The notes beneath the pieces were generated by a model that saw nothing but the letters and a program-made list of their open reading frames with translations, was not told where the DNA came from and did not search any database. Shown one piece after another: positions 28,274-32,000 of a stretch of DNA of 32,000 nt (positions within the stretch are counted from its first letter, which is position 1; each line of letters starts with the position of its first letter). The position numbers and the translations under genes were made by a program. This DNA comes from Alkalilimnicola ehrlichii MLHE-1 (lineage in GTDB: Bacteria > Pseudomonadota > Gammaproteobacteria > Nitrococcales > Halorhodospiraceae). The stretch is from contig NC_008340.1 of assembly GCF_000014785.1 (NCBI RefSeq), positions 990,001 through 1,022,000 on the forward strand, read 5' to 3'.

Positions 28274-29389
28274 ATGAATCTTCATAGCCAGGGTGCGCAG
28301 GTCCATGCCGACAACGCCCTCGACCCGGCCGCCGGAGCAGCGCGGCTGCGCCGGGGGCTGCAGAACCCCTCGCGCGAGGCCATCGCCGATGTGGCCCAGC
28401 AGTTCGAGAGCCTGTTCGTGCAGATGATGCTCAAGCAGATGCGCACCACCACCCCGGGCAACGACCTGTTCGGCAGCCAGGCCGAGGACCAGTACCGGGA
28501 CGTGCTCGATCAGCAGTTGGCCATGAACATGGCCGCAACCGGCCAGGGGCTGGGACTGGCCGAGGCGGTGGAGCGGCAGATGCTCCAGCACGCCGGCCTG
28601 GATGAGGGCACCGGGCAGGGGGCACCGAAGGACTTGGCGGACTACCGGCGGGAGGCCATCCCCGCCCGGGCCACCCCGTGGGCACGGGCCCGCCCCGCGG
28701 ACACCGGCGCCGAGGGCGGTGACGGTCGCCCGGCTGTGAAGCCGGTTCTGGACGGTCTGAAGATGCCGGCCTTCGACCGCCCTGTGGCTCCGAAGGCGGG
28801 GGCAGCGGAGCCTGAGGGCGCCAGTGATTCGGCGTCGACCGCGGCTGACAACGGTCAGTCCGCCGGCGGTCCGCCCTGGGACAGCCCCGCTGAATTCGTC
28901 GAGGGTTTATTGCCGGCGGCCCGGGAGACCGCCGCCGAGCTGGGTGTCTCCCCCCGCGCCCTGATCGCGCAGGCGGCGCTGGAGACCGGCTGGGGCCAGC
29001 ACGTGATTGACCGGGGTGAGCAGGGCAGCAGCCACAACCTGTTCAATATCAAATCCCACGGCTGGGCCGGTGACAGCGTCAGCGTAGCGACGCTGGAGTA
29101 CCGGGAAGGCGTCGCTCAACGCGAGCAGGCCAGCTTCCGCGCCTACGGCGGAGTGGCGGAGAGCTTCCGGGACTATGCCGACTTCCTGCGCCGCAACCCG
29201 CGCTACAGCGAGGCGCTGGCGGTCGGCCACGACCCCTCGGCCTTTGTCCACGCCCTGCAGGACGCGGGTTATGCCACCGACCCCCGGTACGCCGAGAAGT
29301 TGGAGCGGGTGATGAACAGCGAGCACCTGCGGCATGTGGACGACACCCCGCTGCGCCTGGCCGATGGCGGTGGCCGGACGTCCGGGTGA
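28274..29389 (+). CDS. flgJ: Flagellar assembly peptidoglycan hydrolase FlgJ
   Basis: Rod-binding N-terminus DVAQQFESLFVQMMLKQMR...GNDLFGSQAEDQYRDVLDQQLA; glucosaminidase C-terminus PRALIAQAALETGWGQHVI...SSHNLFNIKSHGWAGDSV. Confidence 0.96.
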   Translation: MNLHSQGAQVHADNALDPAAGAARLRRGLQNPSREAIADVAQQFESLFVQMMLKQMRTTTPGNDLFGSQAEDQYRDVLDQQLAMNMAATGQGLGLAEAVERQMLQHAGLDEGTGQGAPKDLADYRREAIPARATPWARARPADTGAEGGDGRPAVKPVLDGLKMPAFDRPVAPKAGAAEPEGASDSASTAADNGQSAGGPPWDSPAEFVEGLLPAARETAAELGVSPRALIAQAALETGWGQHVIDRGEQGSSHNLFNIKSHGWAGDSVSVATLEYREGVAQREQASFRAYGGVAESFRDYADFLRRNPRYSEALAVGHDPSAFVHALQDAGYATDPRYAEKLERVMNSEHLRHVDDTPLRLADGGGRTSG

Positions 29390-29398
29390 TGCGGCCGT

Positions 29399-29425
29399 TC
29401 AAGTCGCGGTGACCGCGGCCGATAC
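29399..29425 (+). promoter_or_regulatory. Candidate sigma-28 promoter for flgK
   Basis: TCAA-N15-GCCGATAC, 49 bp before flgK ATG (overlaps directly after flgJ stop). Confidence 0.7.
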
Positions 29426-29473
29426 CGGTAACTGGCGGGCTGGGTTCAGCCCCCGTGCAGGAGAGATGCAGTC

Positions 29474-31561
29474 ATGTCGGGCACGATGAACACGGGCATA
29501 TCCGGCTTGATGGCGGCCCAGCGGGCCCTTGCCGCCACCTCGCACAACATCAGCAACGTCAACACCGAGGGCTTCAGCCGGCAGCGGGTGGAGCAGAGCA
29601 GCCGGCTGCCCACCGGTAGCGGCGCGGGGTTCGTGGGTAACGGTGTCCAGGTGGACACCGTCCGCCGGCTGGCGGATCAGAACCTGATCGAGAACGTCCG
29701 CAACAACACCTCTGAGTTCGAGCGCCTGGACACCATGGCCGAACTCTCCGGCCGGGTGGACAACCTGCTGGCCGACGCCGATGCCGGCCTCTCGCCGGCG
29801 TTGCAGGATTTCTTTGCCGCCCTGGACGATCTGGCCAACGACCCCAACGCCACCACCGCCAAGCAGCAGGTGCTGAGCGCAGCCGACACCCTGGCCACCC
29901 GCTTTAACACCCTGGACCGGCGCACCGCCGAGCTGGAGCGGGAGGTCAACCAGGCGACCCGGCAGCAGGTCAGCACCATGAACCAGCTCTCGGAGTCGGT
30001 GGCCGACCTGAACCGGGAGATCGTTCGCGAGCAGAACCGGGTCGGTCAGCCGCCCAACGACCTGCTGGACCAGCGGGATGAGTTGCTGCGCAGGATGGCC
30101 GAGATCGCCGACGTGCGGGTGGTGGCCCAGACCGACGGGGCCGTGAATGTGGCGGTGGGCACCGGCCAGCCGGTGGTCAATGGCACCACCGCCAACCGCA
30201 TCGAAATCGGCCCCGCTGACGGGGACCCCGAGCAACTGGACCTGTTCGTGGAGACCGCCGGCGGGCGGGTTAATGTCACGAGCAACCTCACCGGCGGCGG
30301 GCTGGGTGGGCTGATGGAGTTCCGCGACCAGGTGCTCAACCCGGTGAACGACGAGCTGGGCCGGATCGCGGTCACCGTGGCCGAGACCCTCAACGCCCAG
30401 CACAATCTCGGTGTTCAGTTCGACTCCGGGGAGCCCCGTCCGGGGGCCGACCTGTTCAGCGTGGCGCCCCCGCGGATGACCGAGGTGACCAACGCCGACC
30501 CGGCCACACGCCCGGCGGTGGGCTTCGACCGAGAGCGGATCGATCAGCTCACCGGGCAGAACTACAGCCTGCGCTACGAGGGCGGTGACACCTGGCGGCT
30601 GGTCAACGTCGATGACGCGGCGGGGACCCGCCGTTTCGACCTGGATGACCTGGAGACCGACGACGACGGTAACTATCTGCTGCGGGCCGACGGCCTGGCG
30701 ATCAACCTGGGCCCCGACCCCGACGGTGACTTCTCCCGCGGCGACCGCTTCGATATCCAGCCCACCCGGCTGGGGGCGAGCAGTATCGAAACCCGCCTGA
30801 GTCGTCCCAACCAAGTGGCGGCCGCCTCTGCGCTGATCTCGGGTGAGGGGGTGGACGGTGACGGCCAGTCGGCCAATACCGGCACCGGTCAGATCAGCCC
30901 CATCCAGCTGACCGCGGCGGACGACGGCGCGATCCCCCTCGACGAAACGATCGAACTGAACTTCGTCCTGGCGGGGGGCGACAATGACGAACCCGGCTTC
31001 GAGGCCGAGGTGCCCGATGGCCAGGGTGGTATGGCGGCGGTCTTTTTGCCTTATGACCCGGAGGCACTGGACGTGGAGGTCGGTGCCACCTTCAGCCTCG
31101 GCGCCGAACCGGATGCGGGTGCGGACGAGGACGGTTTTGACGGTTACCTCGGCCTGCCCGGCCTGGCCGGCCGTTTCACGCTCTCGGGGGTGCCCCGCGA
31201 AGGCGATACCTTCTCTATCGGCGGCAACCGCAGCGCCGTGGGGGATAACGGCAATGCCCTGGCCATGGTGGGGCTGGAGGACCTGGAGACCCTGGACGGG
31301 GGCAACACCACCTTCCAGGAGGCCTACAGCAGTCTGGTGGGGGACGTGGGGGCCAATACCCTGCGGGCGCAGTCCAACCGGGACGCCCAGGAGACCCTGC
31401 TCAACCAGTCCATCGAGGCCCGCGAGGCCGTGTCCGGCGTCAACCTGGACGAGGAGGCGGCCAACATGCTGCGCTTCCAGCAGGCCTACTCGGCATCGGC
31501 CCAGGTCATTGCCGTTTCCAACGAATTGTTCCAGACCCTACTGGGCGCGGTGCAGAGGTAA
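29474..31561 (+). CDS. flgK: Flagellar hook-associated protein 1 FlgK
   Basis: MNTGISGLMAAQRALAATSHNISNVNTEGFSRQRVEQ...SGVNLDEEAANMLRFQQAYSASAQVIAVSNELFQTLLGAV. Confidence 0.97.
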   Translation: MSGTMNTGISGLMAAQRALAATSHNISNVNTEGFSRQRVEQSSRLPTGSGAGFVGNGVQVDTVRRLADQNLIENVRNNTSEFERLDTMAELSGRVDNLLADADAGLSPALQDFFAALDDLANDPNATTAKQQVLSAADTLATRFNTLDRRTAELEREVNQATRQQVSTMNQLSESVADLNREIVREQNRVGQPPNDLLDQRDELLRRMAEIADVRVVAQTDGAVNVAVGTGQPVVNGTTANRIEIGPADGDPEQLDLFVETAGGRVNVTSNLTGGGLGGLMEFRDQVLNPVNDELGRIAVTVAETLNAQHNLGVQFDSGEPRPGADLFSVAPPRMTEVTNADPATRPAVGFDRERIDQLTGQNYSLRYEGGDTWRLVNVDDAAGTRRFDLDDLETDDDGNYLLRADGLAINLGPDPDGDFSRGDRFDIQPTRLGASSIETRLSRPNQVAAASALISGEGVDGDGQSANTGTGQISPIQLTAADDGAIPLDETIELNFVLAGGDNDEPGFEAEVPDGQGGMAAVFLPYDPEALDVEVGATFSLGAEPDAGADEDGFDGYLGLPGLAGRFTLSGVPREGDTFSIGGNRSAVGDNGNALAMVGLEDLETLDGGNTTFQEAYSSLVGDVGANTLRAQSNRDAQETLLNQSIEAREAVSGVNLDEEAANMLRFQQAYSASAQVIAVSNELFQTLLGAVQR

Positions 31562-31567
31562 GCAGCC

Positions 31568-32000
31568 ATGCGATTGTCCACCAGCCAACTGGCCCTGCAG
31601 GGGGTGAACAGCATCCTCTCCCAGCAGGCCTCGCTGTCGAAGACCCAGGCGCAACTGGCCAGCGGCCGGCAGATCCTGACCCCGTCGGACGACCCGGCCG
31701 GCGCCTCCCGCATCCTGGAGCTGGAGAAGGCCATCAATACCGTGGAGCGGTACAACCGCAACGCCGACCAGGCGGAGACCCGGTTGGGGCTATCGGAGAA
31801 CATCCTCAACGAGTTTGGCAACACCCTGCAGCGGGTGCGCGAGCTCTCCGTGCAGGCGGCCAACGGCTCGCAGGACCGGGAGACCCGGGCCTACATCGCC
31901 TCTGAGCTGCGCCAGGCCCAGGATCAACTCGTACAGCTCGCCAACACCGATGACGGCAACGGCGAGTTCCTGTTCGCCGGCTCCGAGACCCGCACCCAGC
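31568..32000 (+). CDS. flgL: Flagellar hook-associated protein 3 FlgL, truncated by window edge
   Basis: MRLSTSQLALQGVNSILSQQASLSKTQAQLASGRQILTPSDDPAGASRILELEKAINTVERYNRNADQAETRLGL...; open to the window end, immediately after flgK. Confidence 0.95.
   Translation, partial: MRLSTSQLALQGVNSILSQQASLSKTQAQLASGRQILTPSDDPAGASRILELEKAINTVERYNRNADQAETRLGLSENILNEFGNTLQRVRELSVQAANGSQDRETRAYIASELRQAQDQLVQLANTDDGNGEFLFAGSETRTQ

Noticed and set aside
26627-28591. 654-aa minus-strand ORF spanning flgH/flgI
   Set aside because: Shadow ORF opposite two well-supported flagellar genes; His/Gln/Arg-rich low-complexity translation without recognisable domains.

Overview
GC-rich gammaproteobacterial chromosome segment (Ectothiorhodospiraceae-like by overall impression; taxonomic inference only, not checked). 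Nearly all coding space is explained by recognisable families. From left to right: a minus-strand group with a TRAP permease (off the left edge), TAXI-type solute-binding protein, NAD(P)-aldehyde dehydrogenase and D-2-hydroxyacid dehydrogenase; a divergent class-I aminotransferase; a FecA-like TonB receptor behind a candidate Fur-controlled promoter; two tandem hotdog thioesterases; a ZapG/YhcB-like protein; an RND efflux pair; rpsP-rimM-trmD-rplS; then a large flagellar/chemotaxis cluster: flgN-flgM and flgA (minus), cheV-cheR-flgBCDEF-flgGHIJK-flgL (plus, flgL truncated). I found no convincing new protein system, CRISPR array, tRNA/rRNA or phage/defence island. The most interesting signals are non-coding: (i) a 134-bp nested palindrome (40-bp perfect arms enclosing two small hairpins that both have TCCC loops) just upstream of the flgB sigma-54-like promoter; (ii) a cluster of degenerate palindromic/direct repeats between flgF and flgG, followed by a sigma-54-like site for flgG; (iii) a Fur-box/promoter followed by a strong intrinsic-terminator-like hairpin in the leader of the FecA-like gene. 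All calls are by eye from the sequence and the supplied ORF track; no database search was run.
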